A stretch of DNA of 64,000 nucleotides, taken from positions 368,470-432,469 of the forward strand of contig CAZFSR010000001.1 of NCBI GenBank assembly GCA_964521575.1. The letters are read 5' to 3'. Below, one piece after another: positions 8,627 through 18,291 of this stretch. Both the position numbers and the translations under genes were made by a program. The notes beneath the pieces are model-generated. The model saw only the letters and a list, made by a program, of their open reading frames with translations, was not told where the DNA came from and did not search any database. The DNA is from an uncultured Synergistaceae bacterium (GTDB lineage: Bacteria > Synergistota > Synergistia > Synergistales > 79-D21). How positions within the stretch are numbered: position 1 is the stretch's first letter; every line of letters begins with the position of its first letter.

Positions 8627-9637
8627 ATGGCTAAGGTTCTTTACGAGAAGGACGCAAACCCGCAAGTGCTGAAGAGCAGGAAGGTGGCCATCCTGGGGTA
8701 CGGAAGCCAGGGGCACGCCCACGCCCAGAACCTGAAGGAAAGCGGCGTCTCCGTCGTGGTCGGCCTGCATGCCGGCAGCCGGTCGAAGGCGGTCGCCGAA
8801 AAAGACGGCTTTGTCGTGAAAAGCGTTTCCGAGGCGGTGGCCGAGGCCGACGTCGTCATGTTCCTGATGCCCGACCACGTCCAGGCAAAGGTTTTCGAGA
8901 CCGAGGTCCGCCCGGCGCTGAAACCCGGGACGACCCTGGGCTTCTCTCACGGCTTCACGATCCACTACGGCCAGATCGTTCCCCCGAAGACCGCTGATGT
9001 CTTCATGGTGGCCCCCAAGAGCCCGGGGCATCTCGTCCGGCGGATGTACACCGAGGGCAAGGGCGTGCCGGGACTCCTGGCCGTCTACCAGGATGCCACC
9101 GGTATGGCCCGCGAAATCGGCATGGCCTACGCGGCGGCCATCGGTTGCGCCCGGGCGGGCGTCATCGAGACGACCTTCGCCGAGGAGACGGAAACCGACC
9201 TGTTCGGCGAGCAGGCCGTCCTCTGCGGCGGCGTGACCGAGCTCGTAAAGGCGGGTTTCGACACGCTCGTCGACGCCGGATACCAGCCGGAGATCGCCTA
9301 TTTCGAGTGCCTGAACGAGCTCAAGCTCATCGTGGACATGATGTTCGAGGGCGGCATGGGCTGGATGCGCTACTCCGTCAGCGACACGGCCAAGTACGGC
9401 GACTGCGTCGCGGGGCCGAAGGTCGTGGATGCCCGGACCCGGGAGACGATGAGGGAATTGCTGAAGGCCGTGCAGGACGGGACCTTCGCGAAGGACTGGA
9501 TCCTCGAGAACCAGTGCGGACGGCCGCGGATGCGGGCCTGGGAGGCCCGCGAGAGATGCCACCTCATCGAGAAGGTGGGCAGCGAGCTCCGCGACATGAT
9601 GCCCTGGCTCGAGGCGAAAAGACCGCCCGAGGCCTAG
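8627..9637 (+). CDS. ilvC: Ketol-acid reductoisomerase
   Basis: 336 aa. [25 protein letters not shown]-binding motif and class I KARI length. Confidence 0.95.
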   Translation: MAKVLYEKDANPQVLKSRKVAILGYGSQGHAHAQNLKESGVSVVVGLHAGSRSKAVAEKDGFVVKSVSEAVAEADVVMFLMPDHVQAKVFETEVRPALKPGTTLGFSHGFTIHYGQIVPPKTADVFMVAPKSPGHLVRRMYTEGKGVPGLLAVYQDATGMAREIGMAYAAAIGCARAGVIETTFAEETETDLFGEQAVLCGGVTELVKAGFDTLVDAGYQPEIAYFECLNELKLIVDMMFEGGMGWMRYSVSDTAKYGDCVAGPKVVDARTRETMRELLKAVQDGTFAKDWILENQCGRPRMRAWEARERCHLIEKVGSELRDMMPWLEAKRPPEA

Positions 9638-9649
9638 GGGGGACTTCCG

Positions 9650-11206
9650 ATGCCGGAGGACTGGGTACGAATTTTCGACACGACCCTCAGGGACGGCGAA
9701 CAGTCCGCGGGGGTCAACCTGAACACCGCTGAAAAGATCCAGATCGCCCACCAGCTGGCGAAGATGAAGGTGGACGTCATCGAGGCGGGCTTCCCAGCCG
9801 CCTCGCCCGGCGACATGGAGGCCGTCTCCACGATCGCCCGGGAGGTCAAGGGGCCCATCATCGCGGGGCTGGCCCGGACCCGGGCCGGGGATATCGAGGC
9901 GGCCGCCGGGGCCGTGAAGCATGCGGCGAAACCCCGTATTCACACGTTCATCGCCACGAGCCCGATCCACATGGAGCACAAGCTGAAGATGACGCCCGGG
10001 GAGGTCCTCGAAGAGGTCCGGCGTGGCGTCACGCAGGCACGGTCTTTCGTTTCGGACGTGGAGTTCTCCGCCGAGGACGCCAGCCGCAGCGACGTCGATT
10101 TCCTGGTGAAGGTGTTTTCCCTGGCGATCGAGTGCGGGGCCACGACCCTGAACATCCCCGACACGGTGGGCTACGCGGCCCCCGAGGAGTTCGGCCGCTT
10201 CGTGAAGGCCATCCTCGACGGCGTGAAGGCCCCTCCGGGCGTGATCTGGTCGGTTCACTGCCACAACGACCTGGGCCTGGCGGTGGCGAACTCCCTTGAA
10301 GCGGTCAGGGCCGGCGTGCGGCAGGTCGAGTGCACGGTGAACGGCCTGGGCGAAAGGGCGGGCAACGCCTCCATGGAGGAGGTCGTCATGGCCCTGCGGA
10401 CGCGGCCCGATCGTTACGGGGTGGCTTCAAGGCTGGAGACGCCGCGGCTTTACGCCACGAGCAAGCTGGTGTCACGCCTGACGGGCGTCCTGGTGCCGCC
10501 GAACAAGGCCATCGTGGGGGAGAACGCCTTTGCCCACGAGGCGGGCATCCACCAGCACGGGATGCTCTGCAACAGGGCCACCTACGAGATCATGAAGCCC
10601 GAGGACGTGGGATCCCCCGGGACGGCGCTGGTCCTGGGCAAGCACTCGGGCCGCCACGCCTTCCTGAAGCGCCTGGAGTCCCTGGGCTTCGAGCTGGACG
10701 CTTACCAGAAGGAAAAGGCCTTCCTTGTCTTCAAGGAACTCTGCGACCGCAAGAAGACGGTTTCCGACGGCGACATCGAGGCCCTCGTCGTGGACGAGGT
10801 GCTGGTGGTGGTTCCCGAGCGCCGCTTCGAGCTGAAGGAGTATTCCGTCCAGGTTGCAGGCCGGGGACGGGCCTCCGCCTCCATCACCCTGAGGGACGGA
10901 ACGGGCGAGGTGACCGATGCGGCGGCCGGCAACGGCCCCGTCGATGCGGCCTACAGCGCCATCCGGCGCCTCGTGGGGATTTCCCCGGAGCTGTCCAGCT
11001 ACCGGATCCAGGCGACCAGCGAACGTTCTGACGCCATGGGAGAGGCCGTCATCACGCTGCGGCTGAACGGCCTGAAGGCGCAGGGGCGGGGGGCCAGCAC
11101 CGACGTCATCGAATCGAGCATCAAGGCCTACGTCAACGCCGTGAACAGGCTTTACGCCCTCGCGGCGGCAAAGGGGGAAACGCTCAATGGCGAGAACGCT
11201 GGCTGA
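9650..11206 (+). CDS. leuA: 2-isopropylmalate synthase
   Basis: 518 aa. [12 protein letters not shown] and [17 protein letters not shown] motifs, plus a C-terminal LeuA regulatory domain. Confidence 0.95.
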   Translation: MPEDWVRIFDTTLRDGEQSAGVNLNTAEKIQIAHQLAKMKVDVIEAGFPAASPGDMEAVSTIAREVKGPIIAGLARTRAGDIEAAAGAVKHAAKPRIHTFIATSPIHMEHKLKMTPGEVLEEVRRGVTQARSFVSDVEFSAEDASRSDVDFLVKVFSLAIECGATTLNIPDTVGYAAPEEFGRFVKAILDGVKAPPGVIWSVHCHNDLGLAVANSLEAVRAGVRQVECTVNGLGERAGNASMEEVVMALRTRPDRYGVASRLETPRLYATSKLVSRLTGVLVPPNKAIVGENAFAHEAGIHQHGMLCNRATYEIMKPEDVGSPGTALVLGKHSGRHAFLKRLESLGFELDAYQKEKAFLVFKELCDRKKTVSDGDIEALVVDEVLVVVPERRFELKEYSVQVAGRGRASASITLRDGTGEVTDAAAGNGPVDAAYSAIRRLVGISPELSSYRIQATSERSDAMGEAVITLRLNGLKAQGRGASTDVIESSIKAYVNAVNRLYALAAAKGETLNGENAG

Positions 11207-12479
11207 AGCCCTCATCGCCTCCCACACGGAGGATCGCGTCGAACCCGGGGCCATCTGCCGGGTTCGCGTGGATTTCGCCTTCGCCAACGACATCACGGGG
11301 GCCCCGGCCATCGCCGAATTTTCACGCATGGGGGCGGAAAAAGTCTTCGACCCGAACCGGTGCGCGATCGTGCCGGACCATTTCACGCCCAACAAGGATA
11401 TCGCCTCTGCCCGGCAGGTCCAGGCCGCCCGGAAGTTCGCGCGGGAACAGGGGATGCTTTTCTGGGAGGTGGGCCGTGCAGGCGTGGAGCACGCCTTCCT
11501 GCCCGAAAAGGGACTGATCCTCCCCGGGGAGGTGATCCTGGGGGCAGACAGCCACACCTGCACGGGCGGAGCCCTCGGGGCCTTCGCCACGGGAGTCGGC
11601 TCCACCGATCTCGCTGGGGCATGGGCCCTTGGGGAAACGTGGTTCAGGGTTCCCGAGACGATCCGGGTCGAGGTGGAGGGACAGCCTTCCCCCTGGGTAA
11701 CGGGAAAAGACCTGGTCCTCTCCCTGATCGGAAGGATCGGCGTGGAGGGGGCCCGCTACTCGGCCCTGGAGTTCGGGGGCGAGGGGATTGCCGCCCTGCC
11801 CATGGACGACCGGTTCACCGTGGCGAACATGGCCGTCGAGGCGGGTGCCAAGGCCGGCCTTTTCGTCCCCGACGAGCGAACACTGGCCTATGCGCGCGCA
11901 AGGGCGGCCCGGCCGTTCGATCCGGTTTACCCGGATCCCGGGGCTTCCTACGGACAGATCGTCCGGATCGGCGCGGGTTCCCTCGAGCCGGTGGTCGCCC
12001 TGCCTCACCTGCCGTCGAACGTGAAGGCCGCAGGCGAGTGCGGGTCCATCGAGATCGACCAGGTCTTCATCGGAAGCTGCACGAACGGTCGCCTTCGGGA
12101 CCTCGAGCTGGCGGCGGCCGTCCTGAAGAACCGCTCGGTCCACGAGCGGGTGAGGCTGGTCGTCATCCCCGCCACGGCGGAGGTTTTCTCCGAGGCCCTG
12201 AAGCGTGGCTACATCGAAACCTTCCTCGAGGCCGGCGCGTCGGTGAGCACCGCGACCTGCGGTCCCTGCCTGGGGGGACACTACGGCATCCTGGCTCCCG
12301 GCGAGAGGTGCCTTTCCACCAGCAACCGCAATTTCGTCGGGAGGATGGGGCACACGGGAAGCGAGGTTCTCCTTTCCGGTCCCCTCGTGGCGGCCGCCTC
12401 CGCGGTGACGGGGCGCGTGACGGACCCGAGGGAAATCCTCGGCCTCGACGATCTCCCGGAAGGAGGAAAAGGGGAATGA
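11187..12479 (+). CDS. leuC: 3-isopropylmalate dehydratase large subunit
   Basis: 430 aa. Aconitase-family GADSHTCTGGALG and GSCTNGR Fe-S ligand motifs. Overlaps leuA by 20 nt and leuD by 4 nt. Confidence 0.9.
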   Translation: MARTLAEALIASHTEDRVEPGAICRVRVDFAFANDITGAPAIAEFSRMGAEKVFDPNRCAIVPDHFTPNKDIASARQVQAARKFAREQGMLFWEVGRAGVEHAFLPEKGLILPGEVILGADSHTCTGGALGAFATGVGSTDLAGAWALGETWFRVPETIRVEVEGQPSPWVTGKDLVLSLIGRIGVEGARYSALEFGGEGIAALPMDDRFTVANMAVEAGAKAGLFVPDERTLAYARARAARPFDPVYPDPGASYGQIVRIGAGSLEPVVALPHLPSNVKAAGECGSIEIDQVFIGSCTNGRLRDLELAAAVLKNRSVHERVRLVVIPATAEVFSEALKRGYIETFLEAGASVSTATCGPCLGGHYGILAPGERCLSTSNRNFVGRMGHTGSEVLLSGPLVAAASAVTGRVTDPREILGLDDLPEGGKGE

Positions 12480-12994
12480 GCGACCGTTTTTCGGGGAAAG
12501 CCTGGGTTTACGGGGACAACGTGGACACGGACGTCATCATCCCGGCCCGCTACCTTTCGACAAGCGACCCGGCCGAACTGGCTCCCCACTGCCTGGAGGA
12601 CCTGGATCCCGGTTTTGTGAAAGGGATGGAACCGGGAGACCTCATTGTCGCGGGGGGCAACTTCGGCTGCGGGTCGAGCCGAGAACACGCGCCCCTGGCC
12701 ATCAAGGGAGCGGGGGTTTCCTGCGTGATCGCGGTTTCGTTCGCCCGCATTTTCTTCCGGAACGCCCTGAACATCGGCCTGCCGATCCTGGAATGCCCCG
12801 AGGCGGTTTCGGGGATCGAGTCCGGGCAGACGGTGGAAGTGGACCTGGCGGAAGGACGGATCCTGAACCTGGACACGGGGAAAGCCTTTTCCGCGAAGCC
12901 CTTCCCGCCGTTCCTGCGGGACCTGGTGGCCCGCGGCGGGCTTGTCCCGGCCGTGAGGGCCCGCCTTGAAGAGAGAAGGAGGAACGCACGTTGA
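12476..12994 (+). CDS. leuD: 3-isopropylmalate dehydratase small subunit
   Basis: 172 aa starting at the ATGA overlap with the leuC stop. MSDRFSGKAWVYGDNVDTDVIIPARYL and GNFGCGSSREHAP motifs. In the ORF track it appears only as the tail of the artefactual ORF 11360..12994. Confidence 0.9.
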   Translation: MSDRFSGKAWVYGDNVDTDVIIPARYLSTSDPAELAPHCLEDLDPGFVKGMEPGDLIVAGGNFGCGSSREHAPLAIKGAGVSCVIAVSFARIFFRNALNIGLPILECPEAVSGIESGQTVEVDLAEGRILNLDTGKAFSAKPFPPFLRDLVARGGLVPAVRARLEERRRNAR

Positions 12995-14139
12995 CCGAGA
13001 ATAGGTATCGAGTGGCCGTCATCCCGGGTGACGGGATCGGCATCGAGGTGACGGCCGAGGCAAGGAAAGTCGTCGAGGCGGCAGGCCGGAAGTTCGGGTT
13101 TGCCGTCGATTGGACCCACTACCCCTACGGGGCTGAACATTACCTTGCCACGGGAGAAATCCTGCCGGAAACCTTCCTGGAAGAGGCGAAAGGGTTTGAC
13201 GCCCTGCTTCTGGGGGCCATCGGGGATCCCCGGGTAAAACCCGGGATCCTGGAGCGCGGAATCCTGCTGACGCTTCGCTTCACGTTCGACCAGTACGTGA
13301 ACCTTCGTCCCGCGAAGGCCTTCCCGAAGGTCCCCCTTCCCGTACCGACGGGGGGAAAGAAATTCGACACGGTTGTCGTCCGGGAAAACACCGAGGATTT
13401 CTACATGGGGATCGGCGGCGTCTCCAGGGGCGGCCGGGTCGATTTCCCCATGTCCTGCCTGCGGGGGGCCTATGCCCTGGGCGGTTCGGTCTCCGCGGTG
13501 ACGGACCCGGCCGTACCCCTGGCGGTCCAGCTGGGCATCGCCACGAAACCGGGAATCGAGCGGATCGCCCGTTATGCGGGGAACACTGCACGCAAGCGGG
13601 GCGAAAACCGGGTGACCCTCGTGACGAAATCCAATGCGCTTCCGCAGATCTACGGTTTCTGGGAAGAAGTGGCGGGCGCCCTTTTCGCGGCGGAATTCCC
13701 CGACCTGGCCCTCGAGAAGGCGAACGTGGACGCCCTCTGCTACCACCTGGTGAGAAACCCCTGCGCGTATGGGGTCCTCCTCTGCCCCAACATGTTCGGC
13801 GACATCGTCAGCGACCTGCTGGCGGGGCTTTCCGGCGGCCTGGGCATGGCGGCCGGAGCCGACATCGGTGAGGGGCTTTCCATGTTCGAACCTGTTCATG
13901 GGTCGGCCCCGGACATCGCGGGGCAGGGGAAGGCGAATCCCCTGGCGGCCATCCTGACGGCCTCCCTGATGCTGGACCACCTGGGGCAGGCGGAGGCGGC
14001 CGCCGCGGTGGAAAGGGCGGTTGAAGTGCACCTGGCCTCTGCCGGGGCGGAGGGATTGCCGCCGGAGCTCGGCGGCAAGGCGTCCACCTCCGAGGTGGCC
14101 CTTGGCGTGATCCGCGCCCTAGAGGCCCTGGAGGGGTAA
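12991..14139 (+). CDS. leuB: 3-isopropylmalate dehydrogenase
   Basis: 382 aa with a TTG start overlapping the leuD stop. IPGDGIGIEV and NMFGDIVSDL...GGLGMAAGA motifs of the isocitrate/isopropylmalate dehydrogenase family. Confidence 0.9.
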   Translation: MTENRYRVAVIPGDGIGIEVTAEARKVVEAAGRKFGFAVDWTHYPYGAEHYLATGEILPETFLEEAKGFDALLLGAIGDPRVKPGILERGILLTLRFTFDQYVNLRPAKAFPKVPLPVPTGGKKFDTVVVRENTEDFYMGIGGVSRGGRVDFPMSCLRGAYALGGSVSAVTDPAVPLAVQLGIATKPGIERIARYAGNTARKRGENRVTLVTKSNALPQIYGFWEEVAGALFAAEFPDLALEKANVDALCYHLVRNPCAYGVLLCPNMFGDIVSDLLAGLSGGLGMAAGADIGEGLSMFEPVHGSAPDIAGQGKANPLAAILTASLMLDHLGQAEAAAAVERAVEVHLASAGAEGLPPELGGKASTSEVALGVIRALEALEG

Positions 14140-14144
14140 CGCGC

Positions 14145-15824
14145 ATGGATAGCCTGACCGGTGCCGAGATGGTGGTGCGCTCCCTGCAGGCCGAGGGCGT
14201 CGAGGTGGTCTTTGGCCTCCCGGGGGGAACCGTCATTCCTCTCTACGATGCCTTCCATGATGCTGAAAAACCCCTGCACGTCCTGGTCCGTCACGAACAG
14301 GCGGCCGCCCATGCCGCAGACGGCTATGCGAGAGCATCGGGCCGCCCGGGAGTTTGCCTGGCGACTTCGGGTCCGGGAGCCGCAAACCTGGTGACCGGAC
14401 TGGCGACGGCCTGGGCGGATTCCGTGCCCGTCGTGGCGGTGACAGGCCAGACGGCAACTGCCGTGATCGGGACGGACGCCTTCCAGGAAGCCGACATGAT
14501 CGGCATGACCCTGCCCATCCTGAAGCACAGTTTCCCCGTCCGGGAAGTGGACCGCCTTCCCTTTGCCATGAAGGGAGCCTTCACCATCGCCTCGACCCGC
14601 CGGCCGGGACCCGTCCTCGTGGACGTGCCCATCGACGTCCAGCGGGCAAGGGCTCCCTTTGCCTACCCGGAGAGGGTCTTCTTCCCGGGGTATCGCCCCG
14701 ATATCCCGGAACGCCTTGACGACCTTCCGGCGGTGCTTTCAGCCCTGCAGGCCGCCGAAAGGCCCCTCCTGCTTGCCGGTGGGGGAGCCAACGATCCGGA
14801 ATCAGCCAGGATCCTGCTGGAGCTGGCGGAAAGACACGATTTTCCCGTTGCCGTTTCCCTGAGGGGCAAGGGCAGCTTTCCGGAAGCCCACAGGCTTTTC
14901 CTGGGCCTGTGCGGGATGCACGGGACGCTTGCCGCCAATCGAGCGGCCCAGGAGGCCGATTTCATCCTGGCGGTGGGAACCCGGTTCAGCGAAAGGACGA
15001 CCGGCAGGGCCGACCGGTTCGCCCCCTCGGCCAAGGTCGCCCACGTGGACCTGGACCCGGCCGAAATCGGGAAGAACGTGCCTTCCGATTGGTCCCTCGT
15101 GGGCCCCTCCCATGTGGTGCTGAAGCATGTCCAGGATTCGCTCGCGGGCTGGGGCAAAGCCGGGGCCGAATGGCTCCGGACCCTGGAGGGCTGGAAGGAA
15201 GAGGACGCGGCCAGGCTGGCCCTGGAATCCCTGGGGTTTTCGCCTCGTCGGATCCTCGCGGCCATCCGGTCGGCCATGGGCGACAAGGCCCTCGTCACGA
15301 CCGACGTAGGGCAGCACCAGATGTGGGCGGCCCAGCATTTCGAGTCCTGCGGTCCAAGGAGCTTCATTTCTTCGGCCGGGCTCGGGACCATGGGTTTCGG
15401 CCTCCCGGCGGCCATGGGCGCGGCCTTCGCCGCACCTGGTCGTCCGCTGGCCTGCCTGACGGGTGACGGGAGCTTCCTGATGAACATCCAGGAACTCGAC
15501 ACCTGTGCCCGCTACGCGATACCGGTGAAGATCTTCCTTTTCAACAACGGGTCCCTGGGGATGGTCCGTCAATGGCAGGAGCTCTTCTACAAGGAACGCT
15601 ACGCCCACACGGTGACGGACGGGCGGGTCGACTTTGCGCGGATTGCCGATGCTTTCGGGGTTCCGGGAACCAGGGTCGAGCGGGAAAAGGAAATCGACGG
15701 GGCGATCGAGAAGGCCCTTTCCACGGATGGCCCGGCCCTTGTGGAATTTCGCATCGCCATGGAGGAAAAGGTGTTTCCCATGGTTCCGCCCGGGGCGGGG
15801 ATGGACGAGATGATCGAAGGGTAG
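14145..15824 (+). CDS. ilvB: Acetolactate synthase large (catalytic) subunit
   Basis: 559 aa. ThDP-enzyme motifs GPGAANLVTGLATAWADSVPVVAVTGQ and GDGSFLMNIQELDT. Confidence 0.95.
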   Translation: MDSLTGAEMVVRSLQAEGVEVVFGLPGGTVIPLYDAFHDAEKPLHVLVRHEQAAAHAADGYARASGRPGVCLATSGPGAANLVTGLATAWADSVPVVAVTGQTATAVIGTDAFQEADMIGMTLPILKHSFPVREVDRLPFAMKGAFTIASTRRPGPVLVDVPIDVQRARAPFAYPERVFFPGYRPDIPERLDDLPAVLSALQAAERPLLLAGGGANDPESARILLELAERHDFPVAVSLRGKGSFPEAHRLFLGLCGMHGTLAANRAAQEADFILAVGTRFSERTTGRADRFAPSAKVAHVDLDPAEIGKNVPSDWSLVGPSHVVLKHVQDSLAGWGKAGAEWLRTLEGWKEEDAARLALESLGFSPRRILAAIRSAMGDKALVTTDVGQHQMWAAQHFESCGPRSFISSAGLGTMGFGLPAAMGAAFAAPGRPLACLTGDGSFLMNIQELDTCARYAIPVKIFLFNNGSLGMVRQWQELFYKERYAHTVTDGRVDFARIADAFGVPGTRVEREKEIDGAIEKALSTDGPALVEFRIAMEEKVFPMVPPGAGMDEMIEG

Positions 15825-15825
15825 G

Positions 15826-15854
15826 TTGGTGGCACCGGTTTAACCTGCTATACT
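15826..15854 (+). promoter_or_regulatory. Candidate promoter of the pilin-like gene
   Basis: TTGGTG (15826-15831), 17-nt spacer, TATACT (15849-15854). Located immediately after the ilvB stop. Confidence 0.4.
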
Positions 15855-15897
15855 GAAAAGCGTTCAAAAAACGCTTGGAAGGGCGGGGGGAAAAGGG

Positions 15898-16773
15898 ATG
15901 GCGGGATTTCGAGCCAGGGAAGACCGGAAATGGAAGAGCGAAGGCTTCACTCTTGTCGAACTGCTGGTTGCCCTGGTCATCGTCGGGATCTTGGCCGGAG
16001 CCCTTCTCCTGGTTTCTTCGGCCGGGGCGGACAAGGCCCAGGCGGCTCGGGTGGTGAGCGATCTTCGGAACCTGAAGGCCGCGGCGGTGGAGTTCAACGC
16101 GTCCTCCGGGCGCTGGCCCTCGGCGGTGGCCGACCTTTCCGGCTACCTGGACGGCCCCCTGGAGTGCAAGGGGCCTGTCTGCTACGAGGTGGCATCGGGG
16201 GAAACCGGGACTTTCATCGGCTTCACAGCCGATCTCGCCAGGGCAGGAGCGGGTTTGAAGGACCGGTTGAAGGGAATGGCGGGATCCGTTGCCCTCTACT
16301 CCGACACGGCCCTGACGAAGACCTATGCGGGTGAGGCCCTGGCAATCTACCCGGTGTCTTACGCAGGAAGCGGGACGGTGGCCACCGCAGGGGGGACATC
16401 GGGAACAGGCGGAACATCGGAAACAAGCGGAACATCGGGAACAGGCGGAACATCCGAAACAGGCGTACCGAGTGGTGCGGGATCGGGAGAAACCTCTCCG
16501 GATGGCGGTTCCTCTGGTCCCTCTTCGGATCCTGCCTTTTGGGCGACCGAGAAGGACGGGCTGACGATCACACGGACGGCCGAAGGCATATGGGTCCGGC
16601 CCCAGGCCGGGTACCAGATCAAGGGGAGCACGCTCGACGGCAAGAGTTTCACCCTCACGAACGGTTCCGGGTTTGCCCTTTTCTACAAGGGTGCCGACGG
16701 CAACTGGTATTACGAAAAGAACGGCAAGGAAACCCCCGTCGACATCGGAAGCCTGCAGATCATAAAAACCTGA
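15898..16773 (+). CDS. Type IV pilin-like protein (prepilin-type N-terminal cleavage/methylation domain) with Gly/Thr/Ser linker and extra C-terminal domain
   Basis: 291 aa. Class III signal peptide ...KSEG|FTLVELLVALVIVGILAG with G-1, F+1 and E+5. Low-complexity GGTSGTGGTSETSGTSGTGGTSETG linker, then a roughly 90-aa C-terminal domain. Confidence 0.8.
   Translation: MAGFRAREDRKWKSEGFTLVELLVALVIVGILAGALLLVSSAGADKAQAARVVSDLRNLKAAAVEFNASSGRWPSAVADLSGYLDGPLECKGPVCYEVASGETGTFIGFTADLARAGAGLKDRLKGMAGSVALYSDTALTKTYAGEALAIYPVSYAGSGTVATAGGTSGTGGTSETSGTSGTGGTSETGVPSGAGSGETSPDGGSSGPSSDPAFWATEKDGLTITRTAEGIWVRPQAGYQIKGSTLDGKSFTLTNGSGFALFYKGADGNWYYEKNGKETPVDIGSLQIIKT
16396..16467 (+). repeat. 18-nt tandem repeat x4 inside the pilin-like gene
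   Basis: ACATCGGGAACAGGCGGA / ACATCGGAAACAAGCGGA / ACATCGGGAACAGGCGGA / ACATCCGAAACAGGCGTA. In frame, encoding TSGTGG/TSETSG/TSGTGG/TSETGV. Confidence 0.9.
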
Positions 16774-16792
16774 CGGTCGGTTGAAAGACAAC

Positions 16793-16828
16793 AAAAGGCC
16801 CGGCCCCCGTTTCGGGGCCGGGCCTTTT
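16793..16828. terminator. Bidirectional intrinsic terminator between the pilin-like gene and the symporter
   Basis: AAAA, GGCCCGGCCCC (16797-16807), loop CGTTTC, GGGGCCGGGCC (16814-16824), TTTT. Confidence 0.8.
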
Positions 16829-16836
16829 GTTGCACC

Positions 16837-18291
16837 CTACTCGGCTGCGGAAACCGATTCTTTCTCCCCGGACCACTGGCCCACCAGGAGGCCCAGGAGG
16901 TAGAGGCCCGCCGAGAAGGCGATCCCCACGAAGAAAGGGTGAAGGGCGGAAAGCGAGGGCGGGACTTGCACGCCCAGGAGCCCCTTGGCGGTAGGGGCGA
17001 ATCCCGCCGCGTACCAGAGGCTTGCGGCGGCGAGTCCCCCGAGGGAGGAGGCCCATGTTGCCAACCGGTCGGCCTTTCCCGCAAGAAGCGCCAGGTAAGG
17101 GACGAGGATCGCCGAGGCGATGAGGCTCCAGCTGGTCGTGCAAAGAAGGGCGATGATCGTTCCGCTTTTCGCCGCGAAGAGCCCCGAAGCGACGGCACAA
17201 GTCGCGGTGGCGCCTTTCCAGGCCGCCCCTTCGAGTCGACGGCCCGTCAGGTCGTGCCCCAGGCTGCCTGCGGCGATGTGGAGCAGGGCCGATGCGGTGG
17301 AAAGTGAAGCCGAGACGATGGCCATGGCGAAGAGCTGCTGCCCGGGAAGCGAAAGCAGCCTTGAGACGAGCAACGGAATGACGGCATCGGGGGAAGCGAC
17401 CTCGTCGGGGTTGATCAGAAGCCGCGAGAGGCCTCCTGCCAGGTAGGTGCCGCCGACGAGGAGGGCGATGACCAGCATGGCCACTGGAGCGGCCTTTTTG
17501 GCCTCATCGCGGGACGAGAGGGCGAAGTGCCGCTGGATCAGCTGGGGCTGGGCCCAGACCCCGATGGAGGTGACCGCGGCCAGGGTCAGGACGAAGAGGC
17601 CTTGCGGTCCCTCGCTGAGCCGGGTGAATCCCCTGTTGGCCAGTTCCGTCGGGGGAAGGGCAGCCAGCGCCTGCAGGCCGGAGGGCAGGCCCCCGACAGC
17701 CTTGAACACCGCAAAGAGGAGAAGGCCCACGCCCACGGCCATGATTCCGCCCTGCAGGGCTTCCGTGTAGAGGACTCCCCTGAGGCCGCCCCAGGTGACG
17801 CTCACCGCGACGATGAGGACCAGGATCCAAAGGGAAGCGGAAAACGGCAGCGGCGTCACCCCCGAGAGCATCATCGCGGCTCCCTTGAAAACGGCTGAGG
17901 CGTAGACGACCAGCAGTCCTCCCGTCAAAAGGCCGGCGAATACCCGGAAAGAGTTGGAACCGATGGCGGCCCCAAGCAATGCCCCCGGGGTTTTTGCGTT
18001 CAGGCGGCGCTGCCAGAGGCGCGTGGGCCAGGCCAGGAAGCGGTAGGCGAACCAGGTCCCGAACCAGATATTTCCCGCGGCGATCAGGAGCATCTGCAGG
18101 CCGTAACGATGGCACAGTCCCCCGAACCCCACGAGGGCCACGGCCGAAACGTAGGTGGCCACGTAGGCCAGGGCCTGGATGGCCGAACCGACACGGCCGG
18201 GAAGCAAATGGTCCTTCCCCCTTGCCCAGCGGGCAAGGGCGACCAGCAGCAACGCGTAGGCACACCACAGAAGAATAAAACCGAAATTCAT
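16837..18291 (-). CDS. Sodium:solute symporter (SSF) family transporter
   Basis: 484 aa with about 12-13 hydrophobic segments. The N-terminal region resembles PutP/PanF/SSF architecture. Substrate unknown. Confidence 0.8.
   Translation of the reverse strand: MNFGFILLWCAYALLLVALARWARGKDHLLPGRVGSAIQALAYVATYVSAVALVGFGGLCHRYGLQMLLIAAGNIWFGTWFAYRFLAWPTRLWQRRLNAKTPGALLGAAIGSNSFRVFAGLLTGGLLVVYASAVFKGAAMMLSGVTPLPFSASLWILVLIVAVSVTWGGLRGVLYTEALQGGIMAVGVGLLLFAVFKAVGGLPSGLQALAALPPTELANRGFTRLSEGPQGLFVLTLAAVTSIGVWAQPQLIQRHFALSSRDEAKKAAPVAMLVIALLVGGTYLAGGLSRLLINPDEVASPDAVIPLLVSRLLSLPGQQLFAMAIVSASLSTASALLHIAAGSLGHDLTGRRLEGAAWKGATATCAVASGLFAAKSGTIIALLCTTSWSLIASAILVPYLALLAGKADRLATWASSLGGLAAASLWYAAGFAPTAKGLLGVQVPPSLSALHPFFVGIAFSAGLYLLGLLVGQWSGEKESVSAAE

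Noticed and set aside
8582-10264. 560-aa minus-strand ORF over ilvC/leuA, and similar antisense ORFs at 10472..11605, 11322..12353, 12550..14031 and 14663..15608
   Set aside because: They are antisense to unmistakable ilv/leu genes, have biased H/R/G/P/D composition and show no recognisable domains.
11360-12994. 544-aa ORF spanning leuC
   Set aside because: Only its last 172 codons (leuD, from the ATGA overlap at 12476) are real. The upstream part is an alternate frame of leuC.
16223-16453. ORF encoding the striking repeat MFRLFPMFRLFPMFRLFP
   Set aside because: It is the antisense reading of the 18-nt tandem repeat inside the pilin-like gene, not an independent repeat protein.
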